This document shows positions 50,764-63,184 of a stretch of DNA of 64,000 nt, in pieces. Origin of the DNA: Xylographa opegraphella. Taxonomy: Eukaryota. The DNA lies in NCBI GenBank assembly GCA_022813865.1, contig JALDZX010000010.1, forward strand, positions 124,001 to 188,000. Direction: 5' to 3'. The notes under the pieces were generated by a model. It searched no databases and had not been told where the DNA came from. It was given only the letters and a program-made list of their open reading frames with translations. Each line of letters starts with the position of its first letter. Position 1 is the stretch's first letter. A program made the position numbers and the translations under genes.

Positions 50764-51535
50764 ATGACCCACCCCCCTCCCAAGAAGCTCTGCTTCCTCA
50801 CCGTCGGCGCCACCGCCCCCTTCGACGCCCTCATCACCGCCGCCCTCTCCGCCCCCTTCCTCGCCGCCCTCCGCGCCGCCTCCTACACCGACCTCCTCCT
50901 ACAGCACGGCACCTCCCGCACCTTCGACGCGCGCTCCGCCGCCGCCGCGGGCGAGAGCCACAGCATCACTGTGCAGGGCTTCGATTTCAACCGCGAGGGT
51001 CTCGGCCGCGAGATGCGGGCCGCGAAGGGGGAGGGCGGTGCACGGGAGGGGTGTGTGGTGAGCCATGCGGGTGCGTGGAGGCGAAGACGAGGGAGCGGAT
51101 AGTGCGTTGTGAGGGGATAGAGAGAATGAGAAAAGGCTGATTCGTGTTCTCGGCACGGTGGTAGGCTCGGGCTCGATCCTGGACGCGCTGCGCCTGGCGG
51201 TGCCGCTGGTCGTGGTGCCGAATGCGGGGCTGCTGGATAATCATCAGGAGGAGCTGGCGGCCGAGTTGGCCGCGCAGGGATATGTCGTGTATGGCCAGCT
51301 GGGGTACTACCTCTCCCTTCTCTTTGCTGTGGAGGCGTCGGGGACGGTGGCGCTGTGGGTGGAGGGGGGGCTGGCTTTTGCTAATCGGTGGTGTGTTAGG
51401 GATCTCGCGGCCGCGATTGGGGAGGCGGAGGCGCTGCGGAAGAGGCGGACGGTGTGGCCGCCTGGCGGGGAAGGGGGGGAGGATGGGAGAGGGCTGATAG
51501 GCGTTATGGATGACGAGATGGGGTTTGTGGATTGA
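50764..51535 (+). CDS. ALG13: UDP-GlcNAc transferase catalytic subunit Alg13
   Basis: Exons 50764-51070, 51165-51303, 51400-51535. Motifs [46 protein letters not shown]. Confidence 0.93.
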
Positions 51536-51540
51536 GTGGA

Positions 51541-51559
51541 GGGTNGGGGGGGGGGGGGG
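51541..51559 (+). repeat. Poly-G tract containing an ambiguous base (N at 51545)
   Basis: gggtngggggggggggggg directly after the ALG13 stop; its length may be an assembly estimate. Confidence 0.8.
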
Positions 51560-52422
51560 TGTAAAAGTATTTCGGTAGTGGGGAGGGATACGTTCCTGGC
51601 ATGGAGCACTTTTGGGTATATCTGGAATGAGCATGGTGCGAGGTGAAAAATCGGGTATGGATATTCACTCCTTTGGAGTTTGACTGAAGGAAACGCTCCA
51701 ACGTACTCGGTGGACACGCTGTATTATCGACAGGCCTTTTTTGAGTTGTCGGAGAAGAGTTACTCCAAGGCTTGGGTACTATGTAGGTTATGAAGAAGGC
51801 TTTACATGGTCGAATACTGGATCATTACAAGCCCAAATACCATGTCTGTAGAGGACCAGAAGTATTGAGCACATTACAATCCGTCATGTGCCAGTCACGG
51901 TATATGCACAGCTCAGGTTGTTGAAGGATTCTATCTACCTCTTCTATCCCGAACATCACTCCCCAACGCCTGCCAGAGAGAAGAAAAGAGAAGATGCAAG
52001 AAGGGCCCAAGCGCATGCTGCGGAACTGACTACTGACCCACCACACGCGCAGAGGTACACGTTTTTCACTCTCGGCGAAGTAGGCTGCCGTGAGGACATG
52101 TGGTGGAGAGCAGCAGGAAGACTAGCCGTGCCGGAATGGGCAGGCCAGGGTCCTCAAGTCCCCAGCAAGCCCGGGCAGGAAGTGAAAAGAAATGAAATCT
52201 ATACCAAGAGTTGTCATAGGCCGTTAAGAAAAGAAAGAAAGGTAAGAATGCTGCACCGCCGTGTAATTTTCTGCCAAAGAAGAGAAAGCCAAAAAGGCAG
52301 AGACAGCTCACCCAATGGGTAGGCGAGGTGGTCTCAAGAAGCTATGTACTATACCATCATATACTAGTCTAGGTTTGAGCGATAGACTGGAGTATATAAT
52401 GGATATGAAGCAGTACCAGCAT

Positions 52423-54543
52423 TCAGGTACCCAGGTCGACCAGGTCCACGCTCTGCATGCGGCGACCACGGCCTTTGACGTTAGCCTGGCTATGGCCGTT
52501 ACCGTTGCTATTACTAACGCCATTGCCGTGACCATTGACGTTGTGCCTACGTGGCGAGGTACGAACACGAGAGACAACTGGCTTCGCAGGTTTTTCGCTG
52601 GCCGATGGAAAAGCGTTGTCGAGCTGTTCTTTAGAAATCTGAGCATTTGTATCGACCGTGCTGGTAGGAGTTGTTATGGCAGCTTGAGCGAGAGTAGATG
52701 TGCTCGGAGTCTGGGTACCCACAGGAGATGTGGCACTAGTTGCTTGTGGAGGATACTTTTCCCGTGTGAGAATCCTCACAGCATTGTTCTGAGCTGGCTG
52801 TTCCTTCCGTACATCCTGATTGGTGGTGTTGCGCTTCACATCTTGGACCCCGGTATGTTTCCGCACATCATGCGAACCGGTTTGACGCTTCGCAGTCTCG
52901 ACGTTAGCATCTGGAGCTTGATAGTTATTCTGTTTTGGAGCAACGAAACGACGAGTATGACGAGGTCCAGGAACGCTGGGAATTCCATCGTACAAGCCGC
53001 GTTTAGAGGACCCAGTTTGTTGTTGTGATACAACGCTCTGCACTGCCGCTGGCTTCGTTTGAGACTCCGAATATTGGATTGGTTGAGAGGGCTGCATGAC
53101 TGAAAAGTCCTTGAAGGTGTTTGCAGTAGGAGGCCTTGACAAGATCTGATGCTCTGGTGAGTTCGGAGCCTGTTGCGATACAGGGCTGTCTACGATTTGA
53201 GCAGCAGCACCAATGGGTGTCGTTAGACTCTGCCGCGCAGCTGGCGAAAGACCATCGAATCTCTGGAAGAGGCTGTCAACCTTCATGGGTTGTGGTGTAT
53301 TGCTACTCTGCTGGAGACTAGGGCTAGAAGCCGAAGCAGGAGCTTGCACGACGACGGGTGGTGCGCCTACTACTTTGCCGGGCGTCTGATTTGGAGCATA
53401 GAGATAAGTTGGCCGATGCGGGTATTGAGCAGTTGGATAAGCAACTTGTGGTTGTGCGCGATATCCTTGTTGCTGATTGACAAACGGAGGACCTCGAGGA
53501 CCGTAAACATTCTGAGATTGATGATTCCACATACCCTGATATCCGTTTGGAGGTCCGCGAATAGGCCCAGCTTGGTAGGGAACGTAGTTATCTTGAGGCC
53601 AGCGACTGCCTCCGACACTATACGAAGATCGAGGGCCAGGACGACCATACATAGGGGCTTGATACGTGCCCCTCAAATCGTTATACATTGAAGGCGTCTG
53701 GGGACGATACGGCACCTGATCATGACGAGCAGGCTCAGGTTCTGGTTTTGGTTTTGGTCCACGCCCGAAATTCTCGCGGTTATCCTCGGTCATATCATAA
53801 GCCTCGCGGAACCAGCGCGGATACGTACGATAGCCCAATTCTTCGAGCTTGTCGAGACTTGGCATGACATGTTTAAAGATACAGCCTTGCTGGGTAAAGT
53901 CGCATTCGCCCTTGCGTATCCAATGCGAACAGTATTCTTTCCTGCCTAGAACCCCCTTTGTTAAAGGTTCGTAAGGTCGAGACTCTGTAGCAACTGAAGC
54001 CTTTGAATTTGCGCGACGAGGGCCGCGGGTACTCTGACGTATAGTACTAGCTATGGACTGCGGTGTATAGGTAAGCATGTACCGTTATTGAGGTCAATGT
54101 AAGGGACTCACTGGAGCTTTGTTTGTAGGGGCTTTAGAAGTCTCTTTATCGACAGAACGACGCCACCCATCAACAGAAAGTTGTACATCCGTGGCCTCTT
54201 CAACATTAATATCAACAGAGCTGGAAGCACTACTAACAGAAACTTCTTCAGTCACTGTCGGGGCTACACTTTGCGGCTGTGCCGCCCGGTCTGACATGCC
54301 CTTTTCCGTTGGATTAGCAGCTTCGTAAATATCTTGGTCGACTTGGTATGAGCCGAGACTTCTTGACTCCAGGCCTAGACTTGTCATGCCTTGTGTCTCA
54401 GCAACAGATAGTCTAGCAGGCACATTCTTGATCTGGATGAAGTCCGGCAGCTCGTCCAGTGCAACTAGCGGCGTCATGGTACCATCAGCCCGGTGAATGA
54501 AATGACGTGGGCGCGGCATGGATATCAAGCCATTGGTAGTCAT
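52423..54543 (-). CDS. CCCH zinc-finger protein with Q/P/Y/G-rich low-complexity region
   Basis: Exons 54543-54112 and 54057-52423. Motif KEYCSHWIRKGECDFTQQGCIFKH; N-terminal PRHFIHRADGTMTPLVALDELP motif. Confidence 0.8.
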
Positions 54544-55925
54544 TTTATATTATCTGTCAGATTGAAACCTGAAACAAGTAGAAGTGTTAGTAATGGCAGC
54601 TTGAAATGATTGAAGCAGCAACAGATGATTTAAGACATGTGGAGTGAATGAACTACAGGCTTTGTTTCAGATGCGCCTTGATAGTGTAAGTGCTCACAAT
54701 CTCAGCTACTCTCTACAAGCTGCCACAACTATCCCGCTCGCAGATGCTATCGGGGAAAATTCTTGCAGCACTTGTGTAAGCATACGGGAGAACGCGGTAT
54801 GCGTCTGGGGACTCAAAAGAAATGTTCCTCGTCACCATTTATGTAGCCGAAATAAGTAATAGATAGTACAAGGTTCATCAAGACCTTTTTCAAGATGTGA
54901 AGTCTTTAAAGGATTTAGTGAAGTGATATGGAATCACTACATTCACACCAGAAGAACACTAGCGGGGCACGATCACAGAATAGAGTTGAAGCATTGTGAT
55001 ATACAGATGAAGACTTGAGTAGTAAACTAGAAGGTCTTGCTCACCTGGTGCTTGGTCGTCAAGTCAGACTGTTTTATTCAGATGTGTTTGATGTTATTTC
55101 TCAAGAGCTGGACGAGTGACGAAATAATCGCAACGAGACGACAGACGCCTCCTCACAAGAGAGGAAGTAGACTTGAACCAGACTCGATGGTCTGTATTGG
55201 CGGAGGTGATGCAAGCGTTCTGTGATATATGAGTTATATGTTTGCTCAAGTTGTCTTTGATATAAAGAGTATGGAGTGCGTGAAGACAAAGCTACGGAAG
55301 CCTTGGAAAGGCCTTGATGTGTGCTTGGATGGCTCTTTGCAGCTGTCAAAGTGGTTGATCGTGGTCAAACATGAGAGGAAAGAAGGATGAAGAATGAAGG
55401 ATGTTTGTAGAAGTTGAGAGGAGTTTATAGTAGTGCGCCCGACCAAATCTATTGACACATTCACTTGCTTCCATGACTGGTGTTATTCACAGCCTGCCTG
55501 TTGTTTCCGCAGATGAGCAAGCAGTGATGAACTGCGTGCACGTGCTCAAAATGCCGATTCACTTGAGAATGCCGAGCGGTGTCTATTGTGACAACGCTGC
55601 TGCCCCGCGGGAAATCGCCAATCAAGAACATGTTTGCGGCCAAAGTGCAGATGCATAAGTCTTCAATGTCTGAAGCAGCGTTTGACACTGGGCACTGGCG
55701 ACCAGATGATGCAAGTCGGCTGCTGGCAGTAAACCTTGACAACACACGAGATCGCCAGCATAACTCCAAATACGATAAAAACCACAGGTTCGCAACCTAT
55801 TTCAGCATTCAAGCTGCTGAACAATTTTGAAATTCTGAAATTTAATCCAGCACGGTGGCGAAGCATCAAACGAGGCGTTGATGTGTGCGAAGACTCCTTC
55901 GAGTGCCACGCGCAGAATCCTATAG

Positions 55926-57089
55926 TCATAACCACTCCAATTTTCTAGTCTTCTCTCCTCTTCGGAATATCACGACCTCGATATCGCCGTCGTCCGATAC
56001 GATACCGAGGAGCCGCTCTGTCTTTTCTCTTGCCACTCGTATCCGCTGCTTACTTCGCGGCTCTTTATAGAAGTCTCGTCCAAATTGGCCCAGGAAATCA
56101 GCAACGTCGATCTTCTTCAGTTGCGCAGCGTCCAACAACCCTTTCTCCACAGCCGTCTGAAAAGCATCAAGAACATATTGGGTAGCATATGGTTGTGTGA
56201 ACACGCCTGCGGCATGTTTGGCATTACCGTCCGGGCCACCTCTCTTAGCTATCGCAGGATGGGGCGCTGAGTCGGTTCCCAAAAAGAATTTATTATTCCC
56301 TGACACAGCTGCATTCAGCAGAGCATGACGGTCCTCTGGAGTCTTGGGGACCGGCTTGCAGTAATTGTAAGAATCACCCGCGAAGTCGTCCACGATAAGC
56401 GAAAGATGGTGGGCAGTAATTGTCCCTACTACTTGGGGACCGCACGATTTCACGGCTAGGACGGCGGCGGCGGTGGTGCAATGCTCAAGAACGATACGAA
56501 GTGATGGGAAGCGTTTATGGAGTTCGAGAAGAGTAGGCAGGAACTTCTCCTCGGCGTTCAGGATGGTGATGCCGTTGCCAGACGGCATTTCGCCGTGGAG
56601 GTTGAGGACAAGATCCTGGCGCTCCATCTCGGCGAACACAGGGTAGAAAGAAGCATAATCAACGACCCCAGAAGAAGAATTGGTAGTCACGCCAGCTACA
56701 ATCGTATCAGTGCAGATCACGAACCGATGACCAAATATTCTCTCGTGCTCATTACCTGGATAGCTCTTTACGCCCCTGATGCCACCTCTCTTCGCCTCTT
56801 TGATCACATCAGGCGTGATACTCTCATGCAAGTACAGAGACATAAGAAATTTCACATTCGGCTGCAGCTCCTGCAATCGTTTCTGGTAATCCAATGCTTG
56901 TTTCACGGTCGTAATTGGTGGCACCAGATTAGGCATCACGTAAACGGTGTCCGCGCCGCCCTGTCGAATCGTTCTCGTTACGGCACGCATCATGGCACCA
57001 TCCCGCAGATGAACATGCGCATCATAAGAAGCAGGAAGTGTGAGAAAGCCGTCGTCAGACCAGGGAAACCATTCTTGCGTAGAAGCCAT
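55926..57089 (-). CDS. URA4: Dihydroorotase (homodimeric type)
   Basis: Exons 57089-56756 and 56695-55926. Motifs DAHVHLRDG, YVMPNLVPP, GVKSYPAGVTTNS, LNLHGE, LEHCTT, TITAHHL, CKPVPK, FFLGTDSAPH. Confidence 0.96.
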   Translation of the reverse strand: MASTQEWFPWSDDGFLTLPASYDAHVHLRDGAMMRAVTRTIRQGGADTVYVMPNLVPPITTVKQALDYQKRLQELQPNVKFLMSLYLHESITPDVIKEAKRGGIRGVKSYPGNEHERIFGHRFVICTDTIVAGVTTNSSSGVVDYASFYPVFAEMERQDLVLNLHGEMPSGNGITILNAEEKFLPTLLELHKRFPSLRIVLEHCTTAAAVLAVKSCGPQVVGTITAHHLSLIVDDFAGDSYNYCKPVPKTPEDRHALLNAAVSGNNKFFLGTDSAPHPAIAKRGGPDGNAKHAAGVFTQPYATQYVLDAFQTAVEKGLLDAAQLKKIDVADFLGQFGRDFYKEPRSKQRIRVAREKTERLLGIVSDDGDIEVVIFRRGEKTRKLEWL

Positions 57090-57462
57090 GTCGTTCCAGA
57101 ATGAATTCTGGGCGCTAGTGAAATGTAAGAGATATGTCCGGACAGTCGGAACCAAATCTCCTAGAGATTGTGTAAACCTCTCGACCCTCACGACGCAGTA
57201 ATAAAATGAATTTACAGTGTCGGTACAAGGGGCCCGAGCAATGGCTTTCTTTTCATTAAGGTAAAACCAGATGAACTGGTTGATTGAAGCTTGATGAAGG
57301 TTATTTTACAACAAGCAATTTGTTTATCCTACCCGGTGATGACTATGAGCCGCCGGTTTCTCCATTCCGTAGAAGAGATTCCCAGTACGGAGTATATACC
57401 TCCATATCCAAGTCTCGCTCCCTTCCCTCACGTTCCCAGTATCTGTGAATGGTAAAGAAAAT

Positions 57463-60400
57463 TCACAGCTCAACCAAACTATCCCCTGCCCCACCTCTCC
57501 GTTTCGCGCTATCTATCTCGTACAACTCCCTGAACTGCGACGCCCTGCCCAGCAAGTTCGCCGGACTATCGCACTCCACCAACTCTCCATTGCGCAACAA
57601 CACGATACGGTCGAAATCGAGGATGGTATCCAAACGATGCGCAACGACAATGACCGTGCGGTCTTGGAATTCCTCTCTGATAATCCGCTGCATCATCTCG
57701 TCGGTCTTGTGGTCCACACTGCATAGCAAGTCGTTAGCATTGCAACCCGTTTGAGGAATCTGACGGGTGTAATGAAATAGAGAAGTTACCTGCTCGTAGC
57801 CTCATCGAGGATGACGATCCTTCCCGGTCGCAAAATTGCCCGCGCGAGGCAGAACAGCTGCCTCTGGCCATGACTGAGTATCGTGGTGCTCATCTCGCCA
57901 CCCAGCCCGCCGTGCGCTTGTATTGTTCCCCATAGCTGGACCTTCCTCAATGCCGTGACCATAGCATCATCTGAAGCCGTCTCATACGGATCGAGATTCA
58001 TGCGAATGGAACCGCTGAGAAAGTACGGATCTTGTGGAACGGCATTCAGGCGCGAGCGCAGCTCACCACGCTGCAAGTTGACGATGTTAATACCGTCAAT
58101 GAGAATGGACCCGGCTTGGAGGTCGAGCATGCGAAAGAGGGATAGGATGAGTGAGGATTTACCGCTTCCGGAGCGGCCGCAGATGCCGATTTTCGAGCCG
58201 GCGGGTATGGAGAGAGTGAGGTCGCGAAGGGCAGGGGCGCTCCCGTCGGGATTGTAGGAAGCGAATATGTTCTGGATATCGATGTTTCCTTGCTGAGGCC
58301 AATTTGCGGGCGGGATTTGTGTCTCACCGGGTAGATCTTCGGAGGCGGTAGTCTCGCTGAAGGACTTTACACGTGAAACTGCGCCGATAGAGGTTTCGAG
58401 GTCGGTCCATTTCATAAGAACTTGTTTCAGCATGGTATCCAGCGACATGAGGTTGATCAGTGCGACGCCTGTGAACCCAGAACTCGCCCGAAACTGCACA
58501 GCGAGAAAGACCACAGCCAGGCCGATAACTGTCGCCATTAGATCCAACACGAGGTTCAGCCACCGTTGGACCATCACAAGAAGATATGCTGGCTGTTGAG
58601 AAGAGTCAAGAAGTCTGTTGTTGCGCTCGCAATTTGCCTTCGACCAGCCAAAAGCCCGTATTGTTGCAAGGCCACTCAGCGTTTCTAAGAAATGCGAGTA
58701 CAATGGACTCTTTGCTTCCAAGTCCATCAGTCGAAGCTGTCGAGATGTCCGCAAGTAAATCTCCTGGACAAAGATGAAAATAATCGTAAGCACCGGAAAG
58801 AACAGAGCTACGTATGGAGACGCAGTCGCGATCACAACCAACTGTCCGATAGTGATGAAAACACTGGCTCCCAGGTTGTTTAGTGTTCTAGGTAGCTCAG
58901 TGTCAATAAGTCCCATATCTTGTGAAAATCTGTTAGTGGTGATCCCGATGTCGGTTTTGTCAAAATAAGCCAATGGGGCCGCCATCACCGTTTTGAGCAT
59001 GTTCCAGTGCATCTTCGTGCCCGCTCTGAATGCCATTACGGTCCAGGCGTACCCATGGAATGCTAGTAGGAAGATTAAGGCCAGGAGCTGGAGTACAGCG
59101 TAAACCGCTAGATACATGGTGTTCTTCTCGTCTGGATGGAAGGTGTTGGCGTCCGACCACCATTTCAGCCAAAGTGTCGGAAATGTCCATAGAGCTCCAG
59201 TTCCAGCTCCGAAAAAGAGCCAATAAGCAGTATTTGGAGTTCCTATTGCCTTGAGATAGTACATATACACTGAGGCATCTCCCGACTGCCTGCTCTCGTC
59301 TACTACTCCGTCAACTGTGGAAGTCTGCTTTTGCTCCAGGGTGTATGTTGGAGAGTCACCGTTCGGTTGTATCGCTGAGTTTCCTGGTTTGGAAGACATA
59401 TGGATAGAAAGGCCACTGACATAACCACCATTTCGGTCAAGGTCCTCGAAGGTTCCTTCTTCAGTAACGGTACCATGGCTCCCGAGTACAACAATCTTGT
59501 CTGCCAACGGTAGGAACCGAATAGCATGTGTGGCTAGTACCACGGTGGCATTAGTTGACCGGAGTAATCCCTCTGGCCCAAAAACATTCAGGAAGACTTG
59601 TTGCTCTGTGGCTCTATCCAATCCACTTAGCACGTCATCAAATACTGCTATACGCTTCCGTGAATAGACGGCTCGAGCGATTGCGACCCTCTGCTTCTGA
59701 CCTCCGCTTAGAGAGACCCCATTTGTTCCTATTACCGTCTGATCCTTTGCAGGAAAAGTTGATATGTCGTCCCGCAAAACTAGTGCATCGACAACAGCAT
59801 TGTACCAGTCGCTATCGAAGCTGGACAAACCAAGTATATTATTCCGCAAAGAGTCATTAATCAGAAATGAAGTCTGATCGCAGAAAGCAATCCCAGAAGA
59901 CTGCGCGGAAATCTCAACGTCGCCTCTGAAACCCACAGTCTCTCCAAGCAATGCTTTACAGAGGGTTGACTTGCCACAAGCCACGGGTCCAATGATCATC
60001 GTCAATTGAGAAAGCGAGAAAGCTAGATTGAGGTCGTGGAGGATATCCTGGTCTCGAACCCAACCGAAAGAGCCATTTCGAATGGTTATGGCAGGAACGT
60101 TTGCACGTTCATCATTTGAAGGGGTTGCAGCCCCAGGTCCGTAAGTAGCATCATGATATTCAAGTGACCGAGCTGTACGATCTGTGGTGAGGTACCCTAC
60201 TAACCTTCTGTCAACTCGTACCTTGGTGTTAAGATATGTTTCGATACGAGCGAGACACGCAAGTGCAGCTGCTACACCCGGGAACATCTGAAAGAGGATA
60301 AATAATGGTTGTGATAGAAGCAAGAGCAGTGATATGGACGTGAATATTCTTGTAGTATCTAGAACCTGATCGTTCGCGTTGGCTGCGAAGATAAACGCAC

Positions 60401-62046
60401 CAAACGTTAGAACGGGGCTTATCAAGATCGGAGTGAAGGCTAGAGTAGTGATTAGCCTGCTAAACCGAAGGGCTTAAACGGTAGACAACCCACCAAAGAT
60501 TGTTATTGAAAGATGAAGTAATCTCATTCGTTGCCCTGAATAGACCTCGACTACTCTAAATAATTGAATCAAGTCTTGTAGCTTTTGCGTCAATCCCAAC
60601 ATCTTCAGTCCTTTCATGGAAGCAAGCATGGTAGCCATGACTCCAACTCTCTTTTCTGTCTTCTCTACCCAAGCAGTTTGAAGTGATCCGGCCTTTGAAC
60701 TCAACCACATGGATCCTGCCGCACATAAAACAGCTACCGTGATGGGAATGACGCAGGTCGCTCCCAATTCGGTGCCTAGATATACAGTTGCAACACAGAC
60801 TTGGACAGAATTAGCCCATAGCTCGTGGACTGTACTCAGGCCGTCTTCAATGTTCGTGATGTCGGTACTCATAAACGTGATGACCGCCGAAGTGTCAAGT
60901 GAAGCGATGCTGACTTCTGTGGCCTTCCTGTAGATTGTGGAGACTAGGGCGGCTCGGATCATGGTGAGACTCCTGTAGATGAAGTGCCAGTAAAAGCCGT
61001 TTGAGACAGCCAAGCCCAGGTAAATAGCTGCGTACGCACCAACGTACTTGTACAGTACGTCTCCAGTGTTGGTATAGCTAGATTCCTGCAGATAATTCAA
61101 TAGGTTGCTGATAAATAGAGGCTGGCAGAAGGTGAATCCCAGCACACATAAACGGGGGATGATCGGAGCAAGGAGTGGCCATTTGAAGGATCTTAGCATT
61201 GCAGCAAGTAAGCTGGGTGGTCCCTTTTTGAATTTCTCTGTACCATGGCCATCATTAGCGGCCTTCGTCATTGCTTATCATGGGATCTTCTTCCTACCGT
61301 TTTCCCAAGCTATCTGAATCTTCGTATGTAGTGTTTCGGCTTTGAGTTCTTCATCCAGAGGATAAAGATCTTCTTGTAAGAGTATTTTGCGATAGCCTGT
61401 CACAATCAAATTGTTCAACCAGTAGAAGAATGCGCGGTTAAATACCGAACTAGTCTCTTCGGGACTTCGTTTGGTAGAATCAACAGTTATTAAGACTTCC
61501 TTCTCGAACGATTCGAGCAAAAGCACGCACGCTTTGATGACAACGGCTGCCGCTGAAAATTGCAGAATCAGACTTGCGCATGACATTAGCCATAGCGTTC
61601 TAAACTGGAGAGCATCAAGTACAATAGAAATAAAAAAGTACAAGCCAATCAGGTCGGATGGATGTAGGGATTTCGAGTGTTCGGAATACGAGAGAATACC
61701 CGTCATAATCGTGACCAGGAAAGAGAGAGTCGCAGCCACAATGATGACCGGCATTCTTTGTGAGGATACATTGCACCAGAGCACCAGCAGTACAAGTTGC
61801 ATGCAGCTGTAAAGCCCGATAGCTGCCTGTCAATACGTCCATTAGAAGAAAGATATCACAAGGTTTGAGCCCACCAACCATTTTCACGGTTTGGAGACCA
61901 CGTCCCGCCATCATCCTTCGCCTGGTCCACAAATGCCATATTCTCAGAGTCGCGAGCACCAGAAAAACAACAGATAGCAGGATGGACAGTACACTGTGCT
62001 CCCAGACAAACCCGGCGATGGTGCCATTGAGCCAATCTGAGACCAT
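57463..62046 (-). CDS. ABCC/MRP-type multidrug ABC transporter
   Basis: Exons 62046-61879, 61826-61298, 61237-60494, 60439-57790, 57718-57463. NBD1 GPVACGKS/LSGGQKQR/VFDD; NBD2 GRSGSGKS/LSHGQRQL/ILDEATS/VAHRLDTI; TMD motifs NRFSQDM and LEAKSPLYSHFLETLSGLATIRAF. Confidence 0.94.
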
Positions 62047-63184
62047 TGTAATGAAGCAACGCACAATGGAAGAATGGACAGCTGCTCGCAACGAGAGTTG
62101 AAATTCAATGTATTGCTATCAAAGACTGGTTTGATTCCTATGCTACATACAATTCAAAATCAACAGGACTTATATAGACCATTTCCAATTGCTCGTTGCA
62201 TGGCCTAGGCTACACAGGTACGTACTGATTTTAGCCCCAGGCACCCAACTGTTGACGCGCCATGTCGCTGCACGCCATTCTTGTAGCAATGCACAGGCCA
62301 TTTCGATAGTCACTAGCATGAATAGGGAAGGTCGTTATCATCAAGTCGCAGGTTCATTTCATCTGTTTGACCTAGCGAAGAAAGTAGGTCCGGGATAGCC
62401 TCATTTCGAGGAACCGGGGCATCATTAACTTCGAAGTAAGGACCAATAGTTTGGGGCTATGATATAGCGCGCCGATACCTTGGCCTTTCAATCCTTATGG
62501 CCTACCTACTATTCAAAGCACTCTTATAGTATTCAGAACTTATGTACCGATCTACCTTACGGTTGACGTGGTTCGGTGTCTCTCAAAGCCCAGCAGTCTC
62601 AATCTTCACACCCGTCCACACACATATCGCATTTGACTCACATTCACCACACCCCACGAGAAGAGGACGTCTTGTGGCAAGCTAAGCTTCTCTACCAAAG
62701 CTATACATCTATCGACCAGCAGAGAAAGGGGCCACCAGAAACCCAAACAATCATCACAACGCATCCATATCTAGCGAGAATCGATTGCCCACATCCGATC
62801 CACAACGGTCGTCGATGGAATGCCAAGAATGTCTCCCGAACCTCCTGTACATGGTCAGAGAAGAGAGCAGAACACAAACCGATCACCTTAGCTGAGTATG
62901 AGATGCTATCAAGGTAGTAACAACTCAAGGTCTATCTCCTTCCAAACCCTCGAACACTAAAATATGCAGATCTACCACCTCTGCACTAAAATGAAGAACA
63001 AGTGCATGCAAGAAGAGAAAAAGCCAACAACCGCAAATCTCACTGCCCACCGAGGCAGAACATCGTGAGGTGCCTGCACTTTCGTGCACGGCAAAAGATC
63101 GTCGAGCCGAGGACAAATCATCATACATATTCCGAACATCCCGCTATGCGCGACATCTTCTTCTTCGTAGGTGTGTCATCGCCT

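Noticed and set aside
57090..57191. Open in-frame 34-codon extension upstream of URA4 from a GTG
   Set aside because: The conserved sequence starts after ATG 57089, and short open extensions arise by chance.
55926..62046. Possible secondary-metabolite cluster around the ABCC transporter
   Set aside because: There is no PKS, NRPS, terpene synthase or cluster regulator nearby; the neighbours are housekeeping genes.
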